Shown: positions 12,980-27,620 of the stretch, piece by piece | Layout: each line of letters opens with the position of its first letter | How positions within the stretch are numbered: position 1 is the first letter of the stretch | DNA from: Octopus vulgaris | Taxonomy: Eukaryota | NCBI GenBank assembly: GCA_951406725.2 | Contig: OX597814.1 | Span: forward strand, 50,034,001-50,098,000 | Direction: 5' to 3' | Length of the DNA: 64,000 bases | Translations under genes and position numbers: made by a program | The notes under the pieces: generated by a model | The model's input: the letters and a program-made list of their open reading frames with translations, nothing else | The model's database searches: none | What the model was told of the DNA's origin: nothing

Positions 12980-14180
12980 GTTATGTTTAAGCTTCACTAT
13001 TCTCTTCCTTATGCATCATAATTGGTCCTGTATACACGGAGTCTGTTTCGTTGTTCGTGTAATCTAAGAATCGGGAGACTAAGTTTATTACACAAACACA
13101 CCACTACAGGTTATAACGAAATGAAATTTAGGTTAGAGGATTTCTATTTCTTTACCATAGGTTTTGCAGGTTTATATTATAATGACTAAGTAAAATATAA
13201 ATATCAGAATCAAGATGGAGATTTAATTCGCAGAGAATTTATCTATCTATCTGTTACAATAGTTGCGTTTCCAAAAAGGACAACGTTCTTGTGAAACTGA
13301 CATCTACACTAGTTCTATTTGTTTTGGACTGGTTTTATAGCTATCCTTTATGCATTTTTTTTCAACAGAACTAGTACTAAACAACACTAAACAAACTCTC
13401 TTGTATGAAAGATTGTATCTTGAAGGTTGTTACTTAAGCTGGCTTTACCTGACATTTGTCCTGTATGTAAAATCAGTCAACTCGCACCTTTCATAAGAAA
13501 TTTCTCCTCGACACTACAATTCTTTCTTAACGAAAAAAAAACCAATGAGGGAGCCTGTGCGTGGTCATTTCAATCCTCTAAAAATTACAAACAAATTATC
13601 CTCAAATCGCTCTCTACTTCTGAAAAAGACGTGAAAGTCAGGGAAAAGAACTCCTTTGATCATAGGAATTTTCATTTAATACTGGACTGAGGATAAACAA
13701 AGGCAACAACAACAACAATCGAAGCTTATGAAAAACACTATGAAGCCTACTCACTTACCAATGTAACAGCATAAGAAATTAATGATGTATCATTTATAGC
13801 TCTTACAAAACAAATGGTTGGTATTTTTTCTTCATTATACATACATACATACATACATACATACATACATACATACATACATACATGTAATTACTACACA
13901 CACGGTGACGTCAAAGCGTTCATCCTATTACTTTGAATGTACTGAAAGCACTCTTTCACAATTCAAATAAAATTTGCCACCTTCTTGATTTCATTGTAAG
14001 ATGGAAAGAAAAAAAAAAGGAATAAAGAAAACGGATTAAATTTATTTGATATCCGTTTTTTGTTTTGGGATATTGTTATTGTTGCTGATATGATGATGGT
14101 GTGTGTTTCCGTTTTTTTTAACGTAGTTAATAACTACCTATCTACCTGTTTTTTTTACATTTGTGTACATAGATACATAG

Positions 14181-14570
<390 letters not shown>

Positions 14571-15165
14571 AAACATACAGACACACTACATTCACACGCA
14601 TAATATTTACCACTCCTTTTAAATTAATTCTTATCATTCGTCATTAATGATAATAACTAACCCGATGGCTCCGACTGAGACTATAATGATGTGAGTGGTG
14701 GAGAAGCATGGTTAAGGTTTGTGGTTTGTGATGGGAGCTAAAGTGTTGATTGAATTAATTAATTCATCGTTTGCTTTGCATCACTAGATATACTTATTAG
14801 TTTCTCGGTCAAATACCGAATTATACTTTCAGATTTACAGTTACACTATTCTAAGTCATTCTATTTCCGTACGAAGTGTAATTAACTTGCCAATTTCGAA
14901 TATTTCAGGTAATTTTTTTACTGTTAAATGCCTCCAGCCATTCTAATTCACGTGCGTGTCTATTCGCTGGAGTTCTTAGTAGTTACTTAAAAAATGTTTA
15001 AGTACAAATAAATTGTATATAATAACGTGTAAACCATTTCACCCAAAACAGCGCACTATTAACAAGGGAATGTTTGAAAAGATCATCCTATCCCGCAATG
15101 TGTTTTATTGTTAGTAGAACTCAACAGGTGGGCTCAGGACTACAGAATTTGCTGTAAGCATGCGG

Positions 15166-15167
<2 letters not shown>

Positions 15168-15217
<50 letters not shown>

Positions 15218-15345
15218 GTAATAACGACGACGAAGGTGATGATGATGATGATGACAGTGATGATGATGATGACAGTGATGATGATGAGTATGAGTATGAT
15301 GATGATGATGAGTATGAGGATGATGATGATGATGATGATGATGAT
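15168..15345. repeat. (AAT)n followed by (GAT)n trinucleotide repeats
   Basis: Direct reading. Confidence 0.95.
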
Positions 15346-16452
15346 GGTAATGGAAATAAATAACTGAATAAACAAAGTTTTAGCTGTTTTCGATTTATTT
15401 CAACATCAAGTGGATTTAAGAAGACTTACCTTTACTTCAATAGGTACTCAGCGGGATACATTACTGTAATCGAACGTAGAGAGAATTTCACTCATGAAAT
15501 ACCTGTTAAGGATTCTTGAATGAAGTCACCTTTTGAATAAGTACAAATAATAATAAAAGAAAGCAACAACAAAAAGAAAATGAATAAAGAAAACGTATAA
15601 CGTAACAGCTTCAGCACTAGCAAAAGTAATAAACAATAACAACAAAAAGGAAAAAGGAAATAAAGACAAGAAAAGAAAAGAAAAAAGAAACTATTGCTAT
15701 TTATTTCTTTATATATTTATTAATGTATTTGTAATGCACTCTTTTACTTCGATCAAGATAACACAGAACGTAACACCGTTTGTCCTGTGGCCCTCAGATC
15801 TAAAACATGAATTCAGTAGAAGTCTATTTAATGTTTATTTTCGCTAATAATATACCCTGTAATGATATTCAGAAAGTACAGTGGTAACTGATATGAAAAG
15901 ATTCAGTTAAAAATACGAATGTCAATAAGGGTATAAACATTAGCTACGAGAAGTGTCACTGACCGAGGTTAAAAACAATGATATTTTATTGAATATATAT
16001 GTAATACATATATATTATATTAATATCGAATGAAACGACAAAACTATGTGAAGTTTCAATTCTTAAACTACGTGAATGTACAACTATTGAAAGCTATAAT
16101 GAAAATAAGTGGAAATCTTGCGTTTATAACAAAGTTTTATTAAAATGTTTTCTAAATAGATTGTAAAATAATTGTAGTAAACATCTGAATATATTTGATA
16201 TCTGAAACAGAATGCAATAAAACGTTGCCCTGATGATTCATTGCAGTTAAAGCATCGGAATGCATTCGAAACATTCAATGCGGAGTTCCAAATAATTGTA
16301 TTGGGGAAACGTACGTAGGAACTAAATACTTGTACTGTTTTTTTTTTTAATCGTAATTTCCACGACTTATCATCTGTATATCAATAACTAGTAACATTGC
16401 CCAGTACAGTGGTCAACTAACCACCATAATGGAAGCCGACTGGATAATCATA

Positions 16453-16495
<43 letters not shown>

Positions 16496-16577
16496 TATAA
16501 GGAGAGAGAACGAAAAAAACTGGGAGAGAACGAAAAGAACGGAGAGAGAAAAATCTGTAGGGAATAACGGCTCAACT

Positions 16578-16665
<88 letters not shown>

Positions 16666-16668
16666 ATA

Positions 16669-16767
<99 letters not shown>

Positions 16768-16770
16768 GCA
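16578..16770. repeat. (TATC)n-(TA)n compound microsatellite
   Basis: Direct reading. Confidence 0.95.
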
Positions 16771-17659
16771 TGTATGTATGTATAACAAATAAAAGAACGA
16801 AGGTACTTGTAGCACTTTTATTCCTTGGTTACGGCAGTTTTAACAGATGTGTGTCAAATTCTTCACCAATATGGAAGACATGAATACAAGCAGTGGTTAT
16901 GCAATATTGGTTCATATAACATTAAAACCTTTAGTCATTTCTAATGACTAAATGAATGAATTTATTCATGTTTCTTTGCTTGTTAAAAGATTTATTTGGC
17001 CCATATGTTGAAACGGTCGTAAACAATGAGTAATATACTACTAGTACATCTATTTCTTTTCTTTCCTAATTTTATACCCCGTGACCGAAGAAAACTTCGT
17101 GGATATTCATATTGTAATGTGGAACACTTGCTAGTACTGAAGCTATACTTCCTTATTATATATTGTGTTTGTCAGTATTCACACACATTGACAAACGCAA
17201 ACATACAAAAATACATACATATGCATGTTTGTATTTTTCTAATACATTACATCAGACAGGATGATGACTACGGCATGCATCCTGTTAATTGTTGGAATTA
17301 GTTTCAAATAAAAAGACAAACCAGATGAAATTTCAATTCTTAAAATACGGTGAATATTCAATTATAGCAGCAAAAAACAACAGGCACCCGGAGCTGACGA
17401 TTCTCGTGTGTCAACGATATAAATATAAGTGCTTTTATGCGCCATGAGTCCATGGTAAATAAGGTATTCTGAAGGTAAATAACACTAACATAATTCACGT
17501 TAGGTTAGATGTAAAGATTACCTTTTCTTATTCATACTGCTTCGGAGGCTATTACATATATATTTATATATGTTAGTGTTTGTGTGTGTGTGTCTCGTAC
17601 TTTTCTCTGTCTTTCTTTCTCTCTTTCTCTTTCTCTTTATCTCTTACTCTCTCTTTTCC

Positions 17660-17704
<45 letters not shown>

Positions 17705-19481
17705 ATATATATATGTATGTAAACACACACACCCATACACACGCACACACACATACACATACACACGCGCACACACAAATACACACACACACACACACAC
17801 ACACATTACCCACGTATTACATTGGACGATGACCACATAAACAAATGAGTGACTTCAATAATAGTTGTATTTGTTTGACATTCAGTGAAAAGAAGAAATG
17901 TCCGACATTCTGGACGTTCTTTATCTTATGAGTAAAAGATAATGAGAACGACACAAACAAAACATGGAAAGGAAATAGAGAAACAATAAAAGGAGGTAAA
18001 TAAGTCTTCTCGCGTTTGGGAGATACCCCAGATTTGATGTAAAGCGGAAGTAAGTAAATGAGAAAGGCTGGTTTTCTTCCCGTAAAGCGGGAATTAAAGT
18101 TCTGTCTGTTAAACTTTTAAGTTTTATGTGTGCTGCATGTGTATTCATTTCATTATGCTAGTGTGTTCTAGTTTACACGCGATGTTTTTATTTTCTTTAT
18201 CCACGTGTGAAGAGTGTGTAAGGCATGTTTTTGTCCCTGTGCTTGTGTACTATTTTACTTTCGGTAGGTGCATATTGGTGGATGTTTGCTAATGTAGTGT
18301 ATAGACGTGTGTGTGTGCACGCACACTTGTGCATAGGTATTTGGTTGATCTGTGTTAGCATAGTACGACGTTCTGCTTGTGTTTCTTTTGTTTTTTATGT
18401 TTCTTATGCTTGTGTTTCTCAAACTGTTGGACCTAGTACGATTGTAAGCGCTGAGTGTGTGTACGTGAGTCGGTAGAAACCGGCAATTAAGTAGAGAAAT
18501 CGTTCGCGTGCGTGACTATTTTTTTTTAGAAGTGTGCATATGCTGTATGCATTTTTTCTGAGTATGTAGATGCATGTGTATGTAACCTGCATATTTTTTT
18601 GTGTGTGTGTAAATTAATTTCATTATGTTTAGGTGTGTGTTTGTATTTTCGTTTGCAAGCAATTTTATTTGAACCTATGATTCAAGGAGATAATGTACCT
18701 GTGTTTTGTATGTTTTAACGTGCGTCATTGCAATACATGCGTGTATGCTTGGGCAGTATTTGTTAATGCATCATTAATGGACGTGTGCACGCGTGTGCAT
18801 GTATGTGTGTGTGTACTTTTGTTGGGGTTTGTCTGCGTCTTTATCAAGCGATAACTTTGTAAGATGTGTGTTTGTGTGAATGTCTTTAAATATAATACGA
18901 TCGTAAGTGTAATATTTATGCATTGGTTGAAAGATGCAGCTAAGGCTGGTTGATTCAGTAGGCGTGCATGAATATCGTTTAATACTTTTAATAGACACGT
19001 GAGTGCATGTGTGTCTGTTTTCATTGAATCCTGATGCCGTACTGTGACAGTACATAGTCTTATATCAAGTGTATGTATTTGCGACATAAGTGTTTACAAA
19101 AATGAGTTAATTGTTCAGATTGTATGTTCGGGACGTCCCAAGCTTATTGATAAGTTCCAATCTTGGTGGAGGCGAGTGGGTGGGAAACAGTTTATGCGAC
19201 AGTGAAAGCAGTGAGTTGCGAATGGTAGGGTCAAATGAGCAACAATGACGAGAGAAATGTGCCCCGTTCAACTGAATATCTTTACAATGCTTAATGAATC
19301 TGTCGGCTAAATTCCGACAACTCTGCAGAGTATGAATTTTCTGCAGTAAATGCTATTCTTGGGAATCAAATGAAATACTCCGAGATACAGGAGAAGCTGT
19401 TAGTTTGGCAAATGAAGGTAATGTTCATGAAGAAAAACAACTGTGGAAGCAGGAGTGTGGTGCGTCAGGTAGGGGAGTAAT

Positions 19482-19728
19482 AGCCCATGACCAGTTTAGG
19501 ACTAATAATCTATGCTAATTGTGGATGCGCTTAAAAGAGGAATGGTAGAATGGGAAAGAAATGAGCCTATGACCAGTTTAGGACTAATAACCTATGCTAA
19601 TTGTGGATGCGCTTAAAAGAGGAATGGTAGAATGGGGAAGAAATGAGCCTATGACCAGTTTAGGACTAATAACCTACGCTAATTGTGGATGCGCTTAAAA
19701 GAGGAATGGTAGAATGGTGAAGAAATGA
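19482..19728. repeat. Tandem repeat, 3 x 82 bp
   Basis: atgaccagtttaggactaataa recurs at 19487, 19569 and 19651, near-identical. Confidence 0.95.
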
Positions 19729-20279
19729 AAAGTGTATATGTGGGGGGCGGGGAGGTAGTATAGAGGAGTTGGGAATGATACATGAGTCATCATAGGTACA
19801 AGTGAAGGCAGTTTCAGTTAACGTTGGTCTGTTCCCACGATGAAGGATGCGAATAAGGCGCTAAACTGGAAATAATCGTCGTGGCGGCAGAAACAGAGGA
19901 AACGAAGGAAGCGTTCGAAGAGAATTTAAATTTTGATGTGGGTGAGATGAGAGAAAGGGAATTCGTGAATAGGAGTAAAGTTAGTCGGTTTGTAGAAAAT
20001 GAATAGGAGTAAAGTTAGTCGGTTTGTAGAAAATGGTGGTGGTAGTGTGGGAGTTTGCGTGTGTCAATGGAAACAGATGCCAGCGAAGATGTTAGAAGTG
20101 TTTGAACTTGAAATGAACGAAAAGAGTTCAAAAGCTGAGTTGGAGTTGAATGCTTAAAGATTGAGTGAGGTGGAACGGATATAGTTATCGATATATCGAT
20201 AATATTTTGACTGATTAAATTAAAAATAACACTGAAAAATATATATTGAGTGTTTAAGATAGTGTTGTCGAGAAACATC

Positions 20280-21250
20280 CAATGAAGAAAATTGATGTGA
20301 ATGGAAAAAGTTCAGAGATAGAGTGCGAAACTCAGAGTAAGCATATTACTAGCAAAGGAGCGAGGGAGAAACAAGTTGTGGCTGGTCAAAGAAACTCTCA
20401 TGTCAGAACGCAAAAAGACGAAAGCACACACTCCAAGAAATATCAAGAAATAAACAAAGTCATCAAAAGTAAATGCTGGAAAGAGAAACAAAATTGAGTG
20501 AAAGAAAAATGCGTTGAAATTGAGAATCTCCAGCAAACAAAAACAACAAAATGTATAAAAATATCAAAGAAATATTGAAAGAAAATGTCCAAAGTGGAGG
20601 ATGTATTATAAGACAAAGACGGAAACTGGTTTTTGAAAAATGGATTACGAAAAGATGGACAAAATATTCAGGAGACCTATTTGAAGATGGAAGACCCGAA
20701 AAGCCCTCACCATCTAATCTTAAGAGACGAAAGATTTTAATGTCTAAAGTGAAACATGTCACCAAGATGTAAAGTTCCAAGACCAGATACAGTAGACTGT
20801 GAGATGCTAGAAGTACTACAAGATTATGATATTGATACTCACAAACGTTTGCACACAAACTCACAAACGTTAAATCTATAATTTAGGAAATTTATCATCA
20901 TACCAAAAAAACTGGGGCCAACTAGTTCTCTGATTTTAGAAATATCAGTCTCTCTTAAAATATTTATTACTGCTGTAGTAAGAAGAATAAAGAAAAATAA
21001 AAACTAAATGCCGGAATCTGTGAGGAGCAATTTGGATTTGGAGCCAACAGAGTTACAAGACATGCCATATTCTCCTTAACAAAAGCAAATACAAGTACAA
21101 AAAGAACTATTTGCTTGCTTCAAAGACTATGATAAGGACATCAGAATCGTTTGTGTGATATATTGGAAGCAAAAGGCAGCCATCAAAAGAGACCAGGAAT
21201 TGTCAGAACCAGCATATCAAAAGATGTGTACGATGAAGATGTATGTTTAC
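20280..21250 (+). mobile_element. Heavily decayed RTE-clade LINE ORF fragment (EN-RT linker and start of RT)
   Basis: Broken peptides KYQEINKVIKSKC, KEKCVEIENL, MYKNIKEI, KRWTKYSGDLFED, ICEEQFGFG, FACFKDYDK resemble RTE/BovB ORF motifs. Confidence 0.75.
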
Positions 21251-21686
21251 ACCACGCGTAATTAATATCTAAATACATAGACAGACAGATAGGTAGATAG
21301 ATACAGTATATTCTATGCGTATAGTAAGATGTACGACTATTATTGTTAAAGTTTTGAGTTCTACGTAAATTATCATCGTTCTGTCTGCTTCCAGCATAAT
21401 GGTTTGATTACTACGAGACTTATTAGTATTACTAGGTATACTATACAAGTCAACTGAAACAAGGAACACAAGTTTATATCATTTTTACCCTACATACTTC
21501 TCACCGCTCTGGTTGTTTAGAACCTCTGTATTGAGTATTCGAGATACAATTGCATGGTTAACCACAATGTACCGTCAGCAGAACACTTTATTACATTATT
21601 TTCCGGAGATCAAATGTCTCAGATCACAACGGTGAAACGTACGCCCGGAACAAATGATATAAACTTGTATTTATCTCAATTTCTCA

Positions 21687-21811
<125 letters not shown>

Positions 21812-21829
21812 TTATCTATCTATCTATGC

Positions 21830-22085
21830 GACTTGGTAGCTTGTATCACACTCTCGTTAATTGCTTTAGGTACCCATATAGTTGTGAATAGACATAACCA
21901 CTTTCTCGCCAGCCTTGTGGCCCTTGACACAGAACGGCGAGTATGTGTGCAGCTGGCGGAAAGAGTGGGTTGCACCAAAAATAGGCCGCTACTGCCTTCC
22001 AGCTGAATAAATAGGAGCAAGACGATGTGCTCTGTCCACGGGCCCAACTTGCCTCTAGGTCCAGGAATCGAACGCACGACCTAAA
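21830..22085 (-). mobile_element. Older tRNA-derived SINE
   Basis: Minus-strand B-box-like ggtcgtgcgttcgattcctggacc followed by a GC-richer body; 3' side abuts (CTAT)n. Confidence 0.5.
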
Positions 22086-22212
22086 CACGTTAAACATTAA
22101 CGAACAAAACGCTTGCATACACACTCATAAACGCGCGCATTCACATTGAAACACTGTCAAGGGAAACCCATATTGAAGATTACTGGCAGTGATAGTATTT
22201 CTTGAAGTATAA

Positions 22213-22375
22213 CCCTTTCTATTATAGGCACAAGGCCTGAAATTTAGGAGGGGGTGGCCAGTCGATTAGATCGATCCCAGTACAGAACTGGTACTTATTT
22301 TATCGATCCCGAATGGATGAATACAAAGGCAACCTCGGCGGAATTTGAACTCAGAATATTTCGCCCAGTCTGCCT
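22213..22375 (-). mobile_element. Family-1 SINE (internally deleted head) with perfect 20-bp TSD
   Basis: tagtatttcttgaagtataa at 22193-22212 and 22376-22395; core and B-box match family 1. Confidence 0.9.
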
Positions 22376-22474
22376 TAGTATTTCTTGAAGTATAATGTCA
22401 TTGTGAAGAATGATATTCGATTATATAGCCATGGTGATTATAAACATACTGTTATAATGATCACCTATATTCTT

Positions 22475-22709
22475 TTATTCTTTTACTTGTTTCAGTCATT
22501 TGGCTGCGGCCATGCTGGAGCACCGTCTTAAAGAGTTTTAGCCGAAGAAATCGAACCCAAGACTTATTCTTTGTAAGCTTCTTCTCGAACCGCTACGTTA
22601 CGGGGACATAAATACACCAGCATCGGTTCTCAAGCGATGGTGAGGGTACAAACACAGACACACACACAAACACACACACACACACACACACATACACACA
22701 CACACATAC

Positions 22710-22765
<56 letters not shown>

Positions 22766-22795
22766 GGCGGGTTTCTTTTAGTTTCCGTCTACTCA
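22475..22795 (-). mobile_element. SINE family 2 (internal CA/TA microsatellite, LINE-like 3' tail)
   Basis: Tail ggtgctccagcatggccgcagccaaatgactgaaacaagtaaaaga; related copies at 42893-43280, 45625-45802, 51690-51830. Confidence 0.85.
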
Positions 22796-22955
22796 CATGT
22801 TTTTACAAGGAAAAGATCGACAGTGATTTGAAGTTTCGGCATATTCGCTTCGAAATTACAAGATAATACTTTCATTTTAAAAACATAAGATGATAATCGA
22901 CTGGAAGGTGTTGAGCGTTCTTCAATTTGATGTTTGAACGTGTTATTATATAACC

Positions 22956-25441
22956 CAGTGATTCCCAATAAGGTCCCTGAGGCCCACCGGTGGTCCCCAG
23001 AGAATTTCTAGTGGTCCCATAAATAAATTGATGCCATTTTAGATCTACACAATATTGTTCGATAATAAAGACACTGTTAGTTAATAATAATTTATATGAA
23101 GACAGAATAATAATAAGAAAACAAAATTCAATAATTATTCCATAAGAATCATTAATGTATAATATATAATCAATAATATATTACAATCAAGAATTACATA
23201 ATTTAAATTTTACACTCAGAACAGTTTCATAATAAAGTTCATATTTTTGATAGATCACTACGCAACATTGTTTAATAATACATTTGATACTTTTAATTTA
23301 TAAAAATAAAGTATTTTTATACATCTTACTTTTATAGAAATAAATAATTTATTATTTTTATTTTTTTAAAGATCAGTTGTAATAATGTCTGAACCAACTG
23401 CTCCAAAGGCAAAACTGAGGAACTATAAAGAAGATTTTATGTTTTGGTTTTGTATCTGTAGACTCAAAAACCTATGTGGCTTGAATGTGATGTCATCATA
23501 ACAGATCAATCCATTAAGATAGTTAAGCTGGAACAGCACCAGAAATTAAGCCATCATCTGTCTGTAAAGGTAGGGAATATTTTGAGGATAGTAAGAAAAT
23601 ACAGCCAATCAAACTACCCAAGTTTGTAAAGAAGATAAATACTGAAAACGTAAAGACACTCAAACCAAGATAGTTGGTCTCTGAAATTATTGCCAAGGTT
23701 GCAGCACCTCAGATTTATGGTGAGATGCTTGTCAAGCCTGCTATGATAGCTTGTGCAAATGAGGTTCTGAGAAAAGATGCTGCATCTACTCTGAGTACAA
23801 TTCCACTTTCAACTAACACAGTTACAAGAAGACAGGATGAAATGTCTAATTTTGTTGAGGAGAAGATTGTGGAAATTCTCCAAAAGACAAATTTTTCTAT
23901 CCAGGTTGATGATAGCACAATTCATAACCAAACTATACTTCTGGTCTATGTCAGATTCATCCATGGAGATGATATAAAGGAAGAAATGTTATTCATTAAA
24001 AGTTTGTCTCAAGCTACTAATGGAGAAGATATATTCAATGAAGTAATGCAGTATTTTAATGATAGAAATATTCCATTGACTAATTTGATCAACATTGCAT
24101 CAGATGGAGCTGCAGCAATGACTGGAAAAGTGAAAGGCTTTGTCTCTAGAATGAAGTCAGTTGCTCCTAACATTTTTAAAAATATACATTGCATTATCCA
24201 CAAACAGCATTTGGTTGCTAAGAATATTGGAGGACACATGGAAGAAGCTCTCAACACTACCATGCATGCAATTAACTTTGTCAAATCAATCTCAGTGAAT
24301 AATAGATTTTTTATGCAATTCTGTGAAGATGAAGATTTTAAAACCCTAATGCTTCACACAGAAGTAAGAAGGTTATCAAAAGGCCTGAGCTTTGAAAGAC
24401 TAGTGAATTTGTAGGAACCATTAATCAACTTTCTCATGTTCAAGAGTCAGATGACTCATTACAACTCCAAGAAGCAAGCTGATACAGCTAAGAAAATTTT
24501 GGAAAAGCTTTCTGAGTTTAAATCAAAAATATTCTATTTGAGTGATATTTTTAAAACAGTGAATCTGCTTAACTTAGAGCTGTAAGGTAGAAAATCAGAT
24601 TTGATCACCTGTTCTCAGAAGATAAATGGGTATATGGGGAAAATAAAATTTTGGAAAAAACAGTTTAAAAAAAAATTTGGCATCATTTCAAAATTTTAAC
24701 ACCACTGTTCCTACATCAGAATACATTGCTGCATGCATTGCCCATCTCGAAGGTCTTCATGTAGACCTTGATAGAAGATACAATGATTTATTAATGATGG
24801 ATACAATGTTCTATTAAAGATGGATTATCCACTCTGGTTTGTAGAGCTAAAAAATTATGAGCCAGGAGAGGAAAATTTTGAGTTGGCTGAAATGTTGTTG
24901 GATTTGAAAGAGAATATGAAACTGAGAAGAAGAGTTGAGCAAGAAGGTGTCTTTACCTACATATCAATAAAGGAATCACACCCAAATATTTTTCGATATG
25001 TAGAAGTAGGCATGGTTTTTTTCTCTACCACATGGATGGTTGAATCTGCATTTTCAGTTGTTGTAGATATTTTTAAGTAGAAAAAGAAATAGATTACATG
25101 TCAACAGCGGAGGAACTATCACACAGAGACTAAATGAGTTCATTAAAATTAATTATATCTTGTGTTAGAAACGCCAATATCAAGCTAGTCCCTAGCTGAA
25201 TGGACTAAAAATGAACGACTTTATGAAAATGCTTTGATATCTTGTCTTTATCTTTGTTTACTAAAGTAAATTTTAAATTTTATCTTTTGTTTGCTAAAAT
25301 AAATTTTAAAGTGTATTTTATCTTTTCATTAAGTATTTTAGTGTGAAAATAGAACAGCATGAAATAAAAGTTGAAGTGGTCCCTAGAAATTTTTTCAAGT
25401 AAAAAAATGGTCTCTGGGCTGAAAAAGGTTGGGAACCACTG
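22956..25441 (+). mobile_element. Full-length decayed hAT (Buster/Charlie-like) DNA transposon
   Basis: TIRs cagtgattcccaa / ttgggaaccactg; perfect 8-bp TSD atataacc at 22948-22955 and 25442-25449; internal transposase relic. Confidence 0.95.
23385..25190 (+). pseudogene. hAT transposase pseudogene (stops and frameshifts)
   Basis: Motifs FSIQVDDST, LLVYVRFI, IASDGAAAMTG, IHCIIHKQHL, HTEVR(W>R)LSKG, FSTTWMVESAFS. Confidence 0.92.
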
Positions 25442-25894
25442 ATATAACCTATATATAAAAACAAATATTTGTACATGGAAATTAATACACACAAACACAC
25501 ATATATATGGATATATATTTGGATATGAGTGTGTATGAAAGCATGTGCGTGTTTATACATATTATACATATTATCAATGTATGTATGCATGTATGTATAT
25601 ATGTATGTAATAACTATGATTAAATCAACGTAGTTGACTTACTCATTGAAATATTTTTAGATAAATGTGTTGAAATACATACATTATCGAAATACATATG
25701 ACGTAGTTATATGACGAATTACTTTGTTATAAGGAATACATATATATATATATATATATATTGACATTGCTCTCGAAAGCATATATATACATATATACAT
25801 ACATATAGATTGACGTTGCAGTACTAAACATATATATGCATATATACAAATGGATTGATGTTGCTATGCTCAACATATATATTGATTTCGAATT

Positions 25895-26097
25895 GATTTC
25901 AAATTTTGGTACTTGGCCAGCAATTTGGGGAGAGAAGTGAAGTCGATTACATTGGCCCAAGTGCTCAGCAGGTACCTATTTTATCGACCCCGAAATGTTC
26001 AAAGGCAAAGTAGACGTCGGCGGAATTTGAACTCAGAATGTAAAGACGGACGAAATGCCGCCTAGCATTTTGTCCGGCATGCGAAAGAATCTGCTAG
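25895..26097 (-). mobile_element. Older family-1 SINE
   Basis: ttttatcgaccccgaaa..ggcaaagtagacgtcggcggaatttgaactcagaa matches the family core and B-box. Confidence 0.85.
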
Positions 26098-26329
26098 ATT
26101 ACAGTCTTATAGTGAACATATAGATTAAAATAATATAGTATCTAAAATATACCTGAAATACAATGTTTGGAGAAAAAACACACACACACACACCACACAT
26201 TAATAGAGGGAGAGGGAGAGAAAGAGAGAGAAATAAATAGATAGACAGACAGTCGTACAGAAAGATAAATATGATAGACATAAACAGTCACATAGACGGA
26301 CTGACGGACAAACAGACAGACAGACAGAC

Positions 26330-26396
<67 letters not shown>

Positions 26397-26449
26397 CAGG
26401 TTATTGAATTGAAACTGCGAACCGTCAAGAATTTCCTAGTACATAATAG

Positions 26450-26509
<60 letters not shown>

Positions 26510-26526
26510 TATACGCACACACAAAC

Positions 26527-27124
26527 TCACGGTGATATCTATATATATACGTGTTCAATTGTGTGTATATTTTATTTATTTTATATTTATATTTATATTT
26601 ATAACTTAACACTAGGTACTTTATAATCTCTGACGAAGCCTAGTGATATACCCAAGTACCACATTTTCATCTACCTATTACTTCACTCCACTTGAGTAAT
26701 AAAGGTAGAATGAGGTATTTTTATCTATTGGCTGAAATAGCTCTAAGTTATTTTCCCAATTTTTTTCATGCGAGAATCAATAGGTGGTTCATCAACTTTT
26801 AGACATTATATTATGTTAACATATGTTAACATATATTTATTTATTTACTAAACTGATAATTACAATAATATACATACATATAGCATATTATGCTTTACAT
26901 ATAAGATATAAAATATAGTAATATATAAGGATACCAGTAATTATTATAAAATAACAAGCATGAAAAAAATTGGGAAAATAACTTAGAGCTAAATGTGGTA
27001 CTTGGGTATATCACTAGGCTTCGTCAGAGATTATAAAGTACCTAGTGTTAAGTTATAAATATAAATATAAAATAAATAAAATATACACACAATTGAACAC
27101 GTATATATATAGATATCACCGTGA
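26527..27124. repeat. Long inverted repeat with degenerate hammerhead motif (Penelope pLTR-like)
   Basis: 26527-26667 mirrors 26991-27124 and 26739-26772 mirrors 26958-26990. Left arm holds CUGACGA-AGCC...GGCU-GAAA-UAGCUCUA (26626-26749). Confidence 0.85.
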
Positions 27125-27410
27125 TCACCGTGACCGACCAGGCTATCGCTGGTCACAATGCGCTTCGCATTGTTTTAGCCTTCAAATGACGCCACCCCGC
27201 TGGCTAAGCGAGCAGGCCAACAGAAGAAAGAGTGAGAGAAAGTTGTGGCGAAAGAGTACAGCAGGGATCGCCACCACCCCCTGCCGGAGCCTCGTGGAGC
27301 TTTAGGTGTTTTCGCCCAATAAACACTCACAACGCCCGGTCTGGGAATCGAAACCGCGATCCTACGACCGCGAGTCCGCTGCCCTAACCACTAGGCCATT
27401 GCGCCTCCAC
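27117..27410 (-). mobile_element. tRNA-derived SINE family 3
   Basis: Head gtggaggcgcaatggcctagtggttagggcagcggactcgcggtcgtaggatcgcggtttcgattccc has clear A and B boxes; head shared with 49735-50103. Confidence 0.9.
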
Positions 27411-27481
27411 TATATAGAAATACGGTTATATTTATATGTGAGGGCGTATATAATAAATATATGTATGTATCTATCTACCTA

Positions 27482-27530
<49 letters not shown>

Positions 27531-27559
27531 GTATATATATATATGTATATATATATTTA

Positions 27560-27615
<56 letters not shown>

Positions 27616-27620
27616 ATGTA

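Noticed and set aside
15160-15363. Poly-Asn/Asp ORF
   Set aside because: Product of (AAT)n and (GAT)n repeats.
15430-15502. Possible small minus-strand exon (aacag / gtaagt)
   Set aside because: Stops in all frames; splice-like motifs alone are insufficient.
19482-19728. Possible CRISPR-like array
   Set aside because: Contiguous identical units without unique spacers, eukaryotic context, no cas genes.
27335-27410. Possible tRNA genes (also 29911-29985 and 59433-59500)
   Set aside because: A/B boxes are present but the acceptor stems do not close and the sequences continue into repeat bodies, so they are SINE-type heads.
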